Counted from the stretch's first letter, positions 1 through 8,637 are shown. The stretch is DNA of 64,000 nucleotides from an uncultured virus (IMG/VR IMGVR_UViG_3300021958_000021) (IMGVR_UViG_3300021958_000021:1-64000); one strand, 5' to 3'. The notes: a model not told the origin generated them from the sequence alone. Made by a program: numbers and translations.

Positions 1-450
1 ATTCCCCAAATCATTGAACACTTGCTCTAAACGCATATCTAACTTCTGCACATTGTTTGAAAGCAAATCAACTTCATTTACTTCCTTTTTCGCTATCATC
101 ATGGCCGCAGATTCTTGGACGATTGGGGCCAAGTGGTGCTTCATGTGGCGTTGCACCTGCGTTTTTGTGGTGTCTAGCGCAGAAGAAACAGCCTCACTTG
201 AAATATTACCTTCTTTTAACGCTTGTTCGTAGTGTTTCCTCATTGGGTCTGTGCATAGAACACATTGAGGATTTGATGACATTTTGTATTCGCCCATGTG
301 GTTTCTTTGATGTTGTGCGGCAGTTCCACTTCTCCAATTGTGGATAGTGTCTAATTCGTCGCAACTGGCCTGACTTGTTTCAAGAGCCGATTCAAGTTCT
401 TCCCTGTTTGGTGCTTGACAAAGACCACAACGCTTGCGATTAACTGTCAT
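1..450 (-). CDS. Probable terminase small subunit / Zn-HTH DNA-binding protein (partial, runs off left edge)
   Basis: Not in the ORF track; translated by hand from ATG at 450: MTVNRKRCGLCQAPNREELE...HQRNH...CVLCTDPMRKHYE...RHMKHHLAP. It has two CxxC...HxxxH repeats followed by a coiled segment and lies on the same strand as the structural genes. Confidence 0.5.
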   Translation of the reverse strand, partial: MTVNRKRCGLCQAPNREELESALETSQASCDELDTIHNWRSGTAAQHQRNHMGEYKMSSNPQCVLCTDPMRKHYEQALKEGNISSEAVSSALDTTKTQVQRHMKHHLAPIVQESAAMMIAKKEVNEVDLLSNNVQKLDMRLEQVFNDLGN

Positions 451-455
451 AAATC

Positions 456-791
456 TCACCTATGAAAAATATCATACCCTTTGGATAAAGTAAGAATTGC
501 ACTATAATAAGCCATAAAGTCATCAGTTCCAATACTTTCTTCCATCAAACTTAATGTGTGTTGCATAGCAAGATAAACATTGGGTTCTTTTGCAATAATC
601 TTGTTCTTATTTGCTTGAATTTTACTTTTTGTATCTTTATACTTTTTAGTATGTCTTTCAATATCTTTAGCAGCATTCGCCATATTACTATTAAGACTAG
701 CCTCTTCCATTTCTTCGGGAGCGTATTTATCGCCTAACTCGTTAAACTCCCTTGCTTCATCAGGGTCTAACTTTAAAATGTCTTTCCACAT
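456..791 (-). CDS. Hypothetical protein with N-terminal MWKDILK motif
   Basis: 111-aa ORF tightly coupled to its neighbours; shares the N-terminal motif. Confidence 0.75.
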   Translation of the reverse strand: MWKDILKLDPDEAREFNELGDKYAPEEMEEASLNSNMANAAKDIERHTKKYKDTKSKIQANKNKIIAKEPNVYLAMQHTLSLMEESIGTDDFMAYYSAILTLSKGYDIFHR

Positions 792-792
792 T

Positions 793-1920
793 TTAATCCC
801 GCCATAAAAGTTGTTGCCACATTTTAGAAATAACCTTGTTATCTAAATTACCTTGGGCTTCTTCCCCGAACTTTTCTCTTCTAGTTTTTCTGTAATCAAA
901 ACCAGTTTTTCTATCGCTCTGCCATGCTCTAAAACCATTAGGTGCTTTGTTAGTATTTCTGCGCTTTAGTGCTCTATCAACTAAATTAATGATAGGTAAA
1001 GCAGTAAGTCTAATTCCAGTCACTTGACCAGTTAAAGAATCCTTTTCTCCTTCTGGCCCAATCTGAGTAATTTTTCTTGCTAATGCTTGTTCTTGTGGGC
1101 CTGACTTAATGGGAAACTCCGTAGCCTTTAATTCAGACCTAATTTTACTTGTAAGCAATCTTCCACCAGCATTCCAATAAGTAGCATCACGAACAACCTT
1201 GTTAAAGAACTCTTCAACTGATTTAATTCCATCAATTTCAGTTTCAAAGTTTGGAGGAATGTCTCTAACCTCAACTTCAACTTCCATGTCATCTAAAAAC
1301 TCAGCCGCTTCTTTCATTAGATAAAGAAGCCCTTTAGGATTAGAAAACTTAGTTTTAGTTTCAGAGAATAATGCCTGATGAGGTGGATTTTCACCAGCAA
1401 GCCATTCAGGAGGAACAGCAGTTACACCTTCATTTCTTTCAGCATACCAAGGTGTAGCATAATGTCCTTGAACAAAACGAGGTGCTTTCTTCTGACCTGT
1501 TTTGGTCTTTTCTTGCTCAGTAAAGAGAATAAAAGCAGGGTCAAATGCAGGGCCTTTACCGCCAGCATCCTCACCAGTATCTTTCATATCTTCTAAAGTA
1601 GAGGCTAACTGCTCAATAAGTTTTGCCTGACCTTCTGTGAATAAATCATTATCAACAAACGCTTCAATGACTTCAAGGAATTGAATAGCCCCTTGACCGT
1701 CAAGACCCTTATTTCTGCTACCTGCACGAATATTTCCAGACATATGAGTTTTAAGAAACATATACAGGTTAGGGACACTTTTCACTTGAAGTTGTTCTCC
1801 AGAAATACCCTGACAGGTGCTTCTCCAAGTCTTGAAGTTTTCAATAAAAGGAAAGGTTCCCCCTTGGGAAACTTTATTTCCTTTGAAGTCCTTAACATTC
1901 TTTTTCTTATCTTCGGGCAT
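793..1920 (-). CDS. Hypothetical protein (possible virion protein)
   Basis: 375-aa ORF with an upstream GGAGGG RBS; C-terminus KMWQQLLWRD resembles the shared motif. Confidence 0.75.
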   Translation of the reverse strand: MPEDKKKNVKDFKGNKVSQGGTFPFIENFKTWRSTCQGISGEQLQVKSVPNLYMFLKTHMSGNIRAGSRNKGLDGQGAIQFLEVIEAFVDNDLFTEGQAKLIEQLASTLEDMKDTGEDAGGKGPAFDPAFILFTEQEKTKTGQKKAPRFVQGHYATPWYAERNEGVTAVPPEWLAGENPPHQALFSETKTKFSNPKGLLYLMKEAAEFLDDMEVEVEVRDIPPNFETEIDGIKSVEEFFNKVVRDATYWNAGGRLLTSKIRSELKATEFPIKSGPQEQALARKITQIGPEGEKDSLTGQVTGIRLTALPIINLVDRALKRRNTNKAPNGFRAWQSDRKTGFDYRKTRREKFGEEAQGNLDNKVISKMWQQLLWRD

Positions 1921-2932
1921 CCTTATCCCTCCGCTTCTTCCTACCCCTCACCACTTTATTAAACATAGCGGGGGCAGATGAAGTAGTGACAGTTGCCGCC
2001 ATTTTAAGTTCGCTATCATCAAATTCAACATCTCTACCTACCGACCTTAATACTTTTGAAAGGAATTTTCTATGTTTTTCTCCATATCTTCCAACTAAGT
2101 CTTCTATATCGGCTGGGTCAATATCTCTAAGTTTTTGATTCTTTTTGTGTGTTCTAGCGGTTATTTCCATCCTTGCTAGTTTTTCTTTTGCTTTATCCTG
2201 ATGCGCTTTATTTTTAATATCCGAAGTCAAACCATCAATAAACCCAATAATAACCTTAACTTCTTCTACTGGCTCTTTACTAACTGTTGTTTTAACACCT
2301 ATTTCGCCCAATACACGAGGAAGTATTCTTGTTTGAGAATCTGGATGTTTAAGATAGGTTTTTAGTCTATAATAAGTATTATCTGGGAATTGTCCAACAA
2401 TTGCCCCATATTCTGATGCACTATTAGACATAGGGAATTGTTCTGTTCCCATTCCAGCATGAGTGCCTTCGTGCATAATTGTTCTAATTACAAATTCCAT
2501 TATTTCTTTTTCTGTGGGTTCCCTTTCTAATTTCTGCTTTAAATATCTATAAATACCCTGATGATTAATTCTGATTTTTTCATCAACTAAATCCTTAAGT
2601 TCGGGGGCTTTACCCGTCATCATAGCATTCATCATCATGCTCATTAGCGATGCTGGAGTGTCATGTTTATTTTCAAAAGAATATGCCCCAAACGCTTGAA
2701 GGTCTTTATCAAAGTCAATATCATCTACTTTTAGAATATCCAACCATTTAACTAGCAGTCTTCTTCCTTCTTCTTCTCTCATAGGACAACTCGGACTAAC
2801 AGGTGGTGCTGGAAGTCTTAATGGGCATTTTTGATATTTTGTCACTATTTGCTGACAACGGCGACAATAGCCCGTCATTTGGACACGGCTTTCCACATCT
2901 CTTTCGTCAAACTTGACAATTTCTTTCCACAT
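1907..2932 (-). CDS. Putative zinc metallopeptidase (HExxH) with N-terminal Zn finger and two WxxIxK motifs
   Basis: RTIMHEGTHAGM followed by SEYGA (zincin-like third-ligand candidate); CRRC...C...C near the N-terminus; MWKEIVK at the start and an internal KWLDILK. Confidence 0.55.
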   Translation of the reverse strand: MWKEIVKFDERDVESRVQMTGYCRRCQQIVTKYQKCPLRLPAPPVSPSCPMREEEGRRLLVKWLDILKVDDIDFDKDLQAFGAYSFENKHDTPASLMSMMMNAMMTGKAPELKDLVDEKIRINHQGIYRYLKQKLEREPTEKEIMEFVIRTIMHEGTHAGMGTEQFPMSNSASEYGAIVGQFPDNTYYRLKTYLKHPDSQTRILPRVLGEIGVKTTVSKEPVEEVKVIIGFIDGLTSDIKNKAHQDKAKEKLARMEITARTHKKNQKLRDIDPADIEDLVGRYGEKHRKFLSKVLRSVGRDVEFDDSELKMAATVTTSSAPAMFNKVVRGRKKRRDKDARR

Positions 2933-2933
2933 A

Positions 2934-3197
2934 TCAATCTTTCCGAGTAAATGGATTCTTGGGCTTAGGTTTCTTTTTCTTTGCCGCTTCTTTCATAGAT
3001 TCGGTTCTGTTTCCATCACCGTCAATGTCTATGTAATCAGGCTTTGCACCTTTAGCGGTATGTCCACAAATACATTCGCTTCGTGGTGCATTTCCATCAC
3101 AATGAGGACAACCGCCCTTATTCAAACATTCTTCGCAACTGCAAGTTCCCATTTTTGCGGTGCAATTGCTTTTTCTAACAATATCTCTCCAACTCAT
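2934..3197 (-). CDS. Small Cys-rich protein with EF-hand-like DIDGDGN loop; MSWRDIVRK start
   Basis: Multiple CxC/CxxC motifs; PDYIDIDGDGNRTESMK. Confidence 0.7.
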   Translation of the reverse strand: MSWRDIVRKSNCTAKMGTCSCEECLNKGGCPHCDGNAPRSECICGHTAKGAKPDYIDIDGDGNRTESMKEAAKKKKPKPKNPFTRKD

Positions 3198-3301
3198 TTT
3201 TTCTCACCTGTAATCAAGTCTTTCTTTTGTTTTAGTTCTTCTTCGTCTAAACGCTTTGATTCAGCATCAAACCATGAATCTAAGTAAGTGCATCTTGTCA
3301 T
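3194..3301 (-). CDS. Small hypothetical protein (MTRCTYLDSWFD...)
   Basis: ATG at 3301 after a GGAGA RBS and the shared upstream motif; stop overlaps the next start. Confidence 0.5.
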   Translation of the reverse strand: MTRCTYLDSWFDAESKRLDEEELKQKKDLITGEKK

Positions 3302-3335
3302 GTTAATTTCTCCAAAAATTTTTGGCGGAATTTTT

Positions 3336-3668
3336 TCAAATCTCATCCGTTTGTTGTTCAAATAGACTATGCACTTCTTTAATTGAATCTTCAACCTTGT
3401 TTAAATGCTCGTATAACTCTTCCACAGCACCATAAATTTCAAAGTATTCTAACTCCTCACGCACTTTTTCGCTCATAAGATTTGCTTCCATTTCATCTAG
3501 GTATTTTCCAATTTCACCCCTATTAATGCTATTAACCATTTCTTTAACCAAATCTCTCAAATATGAAAAAGCCTGCTCATCGCCATATTTAAAATTACGA
3601 ACAGGTTTGCCCGTTTTTTCATCTCGCCAATAGCCGAATTCGTTTTTAATAATATCTTCCCAATTCAT
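3336..3668 (-). CDS. Hypothetical protein, MNWEDIIK start
   Basis: Start chosen at the shared motif after GAGATGATTAAC. Confidence 0.7.
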   Translation of the reverse strand: MNWEDIIKNEFGYWRDEKTGKPVRNFKYGDEQAFSYLRDLVKEMVNSINRGEIGKYLDEMEANLMSEKVREELEYFEIYGAVEELYEHLNKVEDSIKEVHSLFEQQTDEI

Positions 3669-3693
3669 GTTAATCATCTCTTTTCTCAAAATT

Positions 3694-3903
3694 TTATCTA
3701 AACTCATTGACTAGTCTTTGAACTTCTTTGAGTAATACAGGCCTTAACTCTTTATCTACCATATTATCAAAATAATCCATATCACGATTTTCTGTCATAG
3801 TATCATCTTCAAATAATTTAGAATACATAGCCTCAACCATAGAATTTACAGTCTCCTGTAATCCAGCCTCAGTTCTTAATTTAAGTATATCCGTCCAATT
3901 CAT
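3694..3903 (-). CDS. Hypothetical protein, MNWTDILK start
   Basis: 5' nucleotide context (AGATGATTAACATGAATTGG) is identical to that of the 3336-3668 gene. Confidence 0.7.
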   Translation of the reverse strand: MNWTDILKLRTEAGLQETVNSMVEAMYSKLFEDDTMTENRDMDYFDNMVDKELRPVLLKEVQRLVNEFR

Positions 3904-3948
3904 GTTAATCATCTTTTTTTTCTCAAAAAATTTTTGGCGGAATTTTTT

Positions 3949-4179
3949 TCAAAATTGACCCATATCAATAATATCTTGTAATTCATCAGCAAATCTATCT
4001 GCTTTTTGGGCTGCTCTTTTCAATGCTTGTCTTTGCTCTTTACTCACCATTTGGGGGTCATTACTAGCCCCAAGGTCATAAAGAGCATCTTCTATATCAA
4101 ATAGCATTTTTATAAGCCTTTTTAGACTATCAGTTGGTTCGCCATAAGTTTCTTCTTTTTTAATTTCTTCTTTCCACAT
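3949..4179 (-). CDS. Hypothetical protein, MWKEEIK start
   Basis: 76-aa ORF with AGGTGA RBS. Confidence 0.7.
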   Translation of the reverse strand: MWKEEIKKEETYGEPTDSLKRLIKMLFDIEDALYDLGASNDPQMVSKEQRQALKRAAQKADRFADELQDIIDMGQF

Positions 4180-4211
4180 AATATCACCTTTAATTTCTCA
4201 AAAATTTTTTA

Positions 4212-4520
4212 CTAGTATTCCTCAGACTTCTGCACATAGGCCTTCATAGCCAGTTGGTATCTATGTAATAATTTAATTAACTCAGTAGGGGAAACATCAA
4301 TTTTTTCACTATTAGGGCCAATATTTTCATTGTGTAGTTTAACTGCTGATTCTAAAATATTAGTCCCTAACCTTTGAAGGTCTTTATGTAAATTTAACAT
4401 CTGTTTATCAATATTAGAATCAACAATTCTACTTGCAGAAAGAGAATTTGAAGTAGTAATCTCTATGTCGTCCTCATCATCTACAAATCTTATGTTTTTC
4501 CTAATCGTATCTTTCCACAT
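4212..4520 (-). CDS. Hypothetical protein, MWKDTIRK start
   Basis: Start at the shared motif; AGTGA RBS-like sequence upstream. Confidence 0.7.
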   Translation of the reverse strand: MWKDTIRKNIRFVDDEDDIEITTSNSLSASRIVDSNIDKQMLNLHKDLQRLGTNILESAVKLHNENIGPNSEKIDVSPTELIKLLHRYQLAMKAYVQKSEEY

Positions 4521-4722
4521 AATAATCACTTTTCTCAAAAATTGGGCTGGAATTTTTTCGGCACTTGCGTTCTGGTTTAAATTTTATGAATTGTATAAAC
4601 AGGATAAAAACTTATTCATTTAAATTTGTTTGTTTAAAGATAATGAGTTTGGCCGCCGTGTAAAGATGTTGTTATAAGAATGCGAATAATAATAATTAAA
4701 TTAATTTATTTAATAGTATTGT

Positions 4723-4965
4723 TTATTGTTCAGTATTTCCGATGCCAAACTGAGTTAATGAGGTTTGCACACGGAACGATGTTATGTATTTATTCAGATT
4801 TGTGCGAACTTGTTTTAATTTATTCAATATCTCATTAAGTGCTCTTTTCTCATCATTTGATAGTTGCCTAATATCTTTTCTCTGTTCTTTGGCTTCTTCA
4901 AGGGTTTCTTTGATTAGGGTGAATATTTCATTTAAATGCTGTCTAGCCTCTTCTTCGGCAGACAT
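4723..4965 (-). CDS. Hypothetical coiled-coil protein
   Basis: 80-aa helical ORF. Confidence 0.6.
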   Translation of the reverse strand: MSAEEEARQHLNEIFTLIKETLEEAKEQRKDIRQLSNDEKRALNEILNKLKQVRTNLNKYITSFRVQTSLTQFGIGNTEQ

Positions 4966-5377
4966 ACTGTATCATGTTATGGGAGGAAGGCATACCCTAT
5001 AATACTGGCGGCTTCAACCTTGCTTTATTTAAAGTTAATGCCCTAAAATAGGAGGTTTAAAGCGATTTCATTCAACTCTACATAAATAAAAAATTTTGAA
5101 ACAAAGCCATATGGTTGTAGATTATGCTTTAGGGGAATAAAATAAATATAGGTCTATATATACGATATAGGCTCCAAAGCGTCCTATGTTAAACAAAAAA
5201 CTATAGAACGCATTACGCAACCCTTCAAACATTGTTTATAAGCCTCTAACCCCTTTTGATGACGTTTCACCCCTAGTCAATATATATAGATGCCTAATCA
5301 ACAAAACCATATGGTTGGCTTTGCCAGTGATTTAACGTAACCCCACAGAAGAGGGGCTACGGGGGGAATTGGAGACA

Positions 5378-5884
5378 TCATTCCTCTTCTTGACCTCCTT
5401 CGTCGGCTTTCACCGCAGGTGGGGTCATTGATGGGATTTCACCGTTCATGGTTCCATCCCAACGACCTTCTTTGTAGCCCTTAACGAGAGCATCATAGGC
5501 CTTTTTGCCCATTGACTGAGCAAGTGCCTCAATATCCTCAAAGGCTCCACCAGTTCGCCCATGAGGGAGAATAACGGTAGTAATCAAGTCAGCGTTAGAA
5601 ATACCCGCAAAGGCAGCAACGACCATATTCTTCACAGAAGCCGCAGACAACTCTACTTCTTCGGGCAAAGACGATTCTCGGCCTCGGCGGGCGACTGGGA
5701 AATCGTCATAAGGACTCCCAATTGAGCGAATTGCTGTCCAATAAGTTGAGCGCAATTCATCGCTTTCCGTTGCATTTCCAAGTGTAATAGAAAGAGAAAT
5801 CGCATTACCGACATCTCCCCTATCTTCACGGTCTAGCCATGCTAGAACCGCATTCGTGTTCTTTATCCAATTTTTCGCATTCAT
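5378..5884 (-). CDS. Paralog family protein A (unknown function)
   Basis: Shares LTLG.A..DELRSTYWTAIRSIGS, RRGRES, PHGRTGG and KEGRWDG with 7043-7567; GGAGG RBS. Confidence 0.85.
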   Translation of the reverse strand: MNAKNWIKNTNAVLAWLDREDRGDVGNAISLSITLGNATESDELRSTYWTAIRSIGSPYDDFPVARRGRESSLPEEVELSAASVKNMVVAAFAGISNADLITTVILPHGRTGGAFEDIEALAQSMGKKAYDALVKGYKEGRWDGTMNGEIPSMTPPAVKADEGGQEEE

Positions 5885-6040
5885 GATAATCAATCCTCCA
5901 ATAAAGGTTTTGATGCTCCGTTTTCCCCCCGAAGCAACCCAACCTTACAATATCCTATAAGGTTGTTTTTATGTTACACTCGCAAAGCGAAAAACAACCA
6001 TATGGTCATATCTTTGAGTAATGACCCGAAGGCCGCCAAA

Positions 6041-6280
6041 TTAGGCAAAGGCTGCCTTTTCAGCACATTCGTTGCAATAGTCGGCAATAATCATCAATTT
6101 GTCGTAACTGCAGCCCCAAAGGAACTCTAAGGGGTTTCGCTGGAATTGAAGCCACTTGAGTTCATTGTAGCGTTCATCGGGGCTATTTGGGAATAGAAGT
6201 TCAATGAAATCGAATTTGTTTAGGCGGTTGAGAAATTTCAAGTTATCAAGGTAGTGTCCGAGGATATTCCAGTTTATCAT
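6041..6280 (-). CDS. Hypothetical protein, probably leaderless
   Basis: ATG ~22-25 nt downstream of an AACCTTAAAT TATA-like box; ends at a small TTCG-loop hairpin. Confidence 0.65.
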   Translation of the reverse strand: MINWNILGHYLDNLKFLNRLNKFDFIELLFPNSPDERYNELKWLQFQRNPLEFLWGCSYDKLMIIADYCNECAEKAAFA

Positions 6281-6496
6281 GCCTAAAGCCACAAATGGCG
6301 CTTAATTTAAGGTTATACCAAAGCATTACCATATGGTGTTGCTTTGCTATAACCCAAGTGGGACGGGAAGAATTACCTCTTTTCTTCCCGCCCCCGTCTA
6401 TCCCTCTATTCCCTGTTTATTTGGGTCATAGTGTCAAGACGAGAGGCTCTTGACTTTCGGGCCGTTTTTGGGGTGCTACGGACTTCATGCCGCATT

Positions 6497-6709
6497 TTAT
6501 GAGACATTGTATGAACGGATTTTATGAGGGTAGGGAACGCCCCATATAAACTCATGATTCTCTTTGAAGGCTTTGATGAAGCGGTCAGCGTCAAAACGCT
6601 CATTATCACGACGGAACATGATAATAAAGCGTTCAATGACGGGAACATTAATACCGCCCAATTCTGCTAGGGTTTCTGCTATTTTTTCGTAGTGCCTTCG
6701 TTGGAACAT
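6497..6709 (-). CDS. Small phage-type hypothetical protein (RRHYEKIA...NERFDADRF)
   Basis: ATG ~22 nt downstream of an AACCTTATAT box. Confidence 0.7.
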   Translation of the reverse strand: MFQRRHYEKIAETLAELGGINVPVIERFIIMFRRDNERFDADRFIKAFKENHEFIWGVPYPHKIRSYNVS

Positions 6710-6800
6710 GATTAACCGCTTGATAAGCACATATAAGGTTTTATTACCAAAGTATGCAACCATATGGGCTTACTTTGGGTATAATGGCCCGAAGGCTCGC

Positions 6801-6917
6801 TTATCGCTCAGATTCGTGAGCAGAATCAAGATAAGCAAAGAATCCGCACCTTTTACATTCATAACATTCATTTTCGGGGTCAAACTCCATTTTTCCACAC
6901 ATACCCGGACAAAACAT
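6801..6917 (-). CDS. 38-aa Zn-ribbon microprotein MFCPGMCGKMEFDPENECYECKRCGFF...
   Basis: Below the ORF-track cutoff; fills the cassette between sites 6760 and 6979, with an AACCTCATAT box upstream and a CTTCGG hairpin downstream. Confidence 0.6.
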   Translation of the reverse strand: MFCPGMCGKMEFDPENECYECKRCGFFAYLDSAHESER

Positions 6918-7042
6918 GATTAACATAAAAATTGGCTGATATGAGGTTGCAGCGTTTCACTATAATCAAAGTATGCAACCATATGGTTAGGCTTTGCATT
7001 AACCCCCCGAAAGGGGCCACAAGGGGGGAAAACCTTGCAGAA

Positions 7043-7567
7043 TCACTCTTCCTCGGAACCTCCTTCCGATTTGCCCGTATTTACAGGCGGTGGCGTGATT
7101 TGGGGAACTCCGTTGTTATCAACGGTGAGTCCATCCCAACGGCCCTCTTTAATGGCCTTAGTCATGTAGGAATGAGCCTTTGTGCGGTAAGAATCAACTA
7201 AATCGCTAAAAGTCTCATAAACGCCACCGGTTCGTCCATGAGGCACAATAACGGAAAGAATCATGCTTTGGTGTTCAGTAGGGATTTGAGCAATAGCATG
7301 AGCCACACTTTCCTCCACAGTCGCCAAAACAAGTTCCTGTTCCTCCGAAAGCGCAGATTCTCGCCCTCGTCGTGCCGCAGGAAAACCCTCCATAGTGGAG
7401 CCAATTGAACGGATAGCCGTCCAATAGGTGCTTCTTAGTTCGTCCGTAGCCGCATTGTCGCCCAAAGTGAGCGATAGCAACACAGCATTCAAATTGTCGG
7501 ATTTGGGTTGATTTTCAGCCCACGCCCGAACCTTGTTCGTGTTCAATGTCCAATTTTTCATCTTCAT
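7043..7567 (-). CDS. Paralog family protein B (unknown function)
   Basis: Start at MKMKNW after a GAGGTGA RBS; clearly homologous to 5378-5884. Confidence 0.85.
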   Translation of the reverse strand: MKMKNWTLNTNKVRAWAENQPKSDNLNAVLLSLTLGDNAATDELRSTYWTAIRSIGSTMEGFPAARRGRESALSEEQELVLATVEESVAHAIAQIPTEHQSMILSVIVPHGRTGGVYETFSDLVDSYRTKAHSYMTKAIKEGRWDGLTVDNNGVPQITPPPVNTGKSEGGSEEE

Positions 7568-7729
7568 GTTTTTCACCTCGTTTTTAAAGTGTCTCCAAGT
7601 GTTTTCCCCCCTTGAAGCACCAAACCCCATGCAATAGCATATAAGGTTGATTCCATGCAAAGCAGTAATCAACCATATGGTTGCACTTTGTAGAAAGCCA
7701 AGAATAATCGCACCTGTTTGATGAATATC

Positions 7730-8020
7730 ATGCAAAGCGTGTTCGTCGTCCAAATCTGTGAATTGCCCGCCAAATACCCCGAATGGAAAACTCAACTCCA
7801 ACACGGAATCTTCCGTCGTCGTGAGGAAGCCGTAAATGCCATGCTCAATTTCATGGCTCGCAAAATGCGAGACGGTATTGATGAGATTCGTGAAATGTCC
7901 TCCACCAAGCGAGGCAAGGGCCTTGCCGACTACAACCGCAAAGTGGATGAAATCGTGGTGCAAATCCCACGCTCAATTCGTGTCCACGAATTGCCTCTCC
8001 GAGACAATCGGGGGTATTGA
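7730..8020 (+). CDS. Hypothetical protein in an inverted-orientation cassette
   Basis: ORF fills the 7673-8068 unit and is followed by a GGGGGCTTCGGCCCC hairpin; start could be 7721. Confidence 0.7.
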   Translation: MQSVFVVQICELPAKYPEWKTQLQHGIFRRREEAVNAMLNFMARKMRDGIDEIREMSSTKRGKGLADYNRKVDEIVVQIPRSIRVHELPLRDNRGY

Positions 8021-8114
8021 CCAAGATGGGGGCTTCGGCCCCCTCTTGGGCCTTAACAAAGATACGACCATATGGTAATGATTATGCTTTGCACTTAATT
8101 AGAACCATATAAAG

Positions 8115-8637
8115 GCTACACCATAACGGACAGGGAAAAGCCTACATTGGTCTTTTTTGCGCTAATTTGTCCGTTATGGTGGGTGAATAAAAGAAACGCC
8201 GCCTACTCCATGCATATCCGACTAACTGCTCCTACTTTGTTTCCATTTTGCCATGTCCCTAGGAACCGTGTCAATTTGTTGCTTTCGGGTCTTACTGCGC
8301 TGTGTTTCGGCTTTGTTTCCGATTGGTGTTTATGGCCAATCAACCAAGGGAATGTGAAAAGGTGGGATGAAGAATTGGGTATCTTCAAGTATGATACGAT
8401 TGGGTCGCACTCACTTTGAACGCTCTAATTGTCTTAAGAGCCATACTGCCGATTTCATGAAGTTGGTTTGTAGCCAACCGCCTTTTGAGCCTTAATCACT
8501 TTCACAGGGAACAATTACTCCATACCACTTGGTCGTCATAACTGCTTTGTGTCCCACAACAGGAGAAATCGCCCATTACCCCCGTTCAAAGGGCATTAAT
8601 GGTAATCCCCTCCGAGGGGAGCGACCCCCCGAAGCAA
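8115..8637 (-). ncRNA. Putative ~500-nt structured non-coding RNA
   Basis: No credible ORF; same promoter and TGCTTCGGGGGG start as paralog A; several nested and long-range inverted repeats (see findings). Confidence 0.5.

Larger units (their letters stand above)
3308..4560 (-). promoter_or_regulatory. Repeated upstream element (GAAAAAATTCCGCC)AAAAATTTTTGAGAAA before five consecutive genes
   Basis: Copies at ~3308-3338, 3681-3696, 3914-3954, 4194-4210 and 4530-4560, each just upstream of an RBS and ATG. Confidence 0.65.

Noticed and set aside
7568..7963. N-terminal extension of the 306-aa ORF 7043-7963
   Set aside because: It crosses a promoter and a palindrome site and overlaps the plus-strand gene 7730-8020; homology to paralog A and the RBS place the start at 7567.
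8147..8419. ORFs 8147-8419 (+) and 8203-8388 (-)
   Set aside because: TTG starts without an RBS, atypical composition, and overlap with dense RNA-like pairing.
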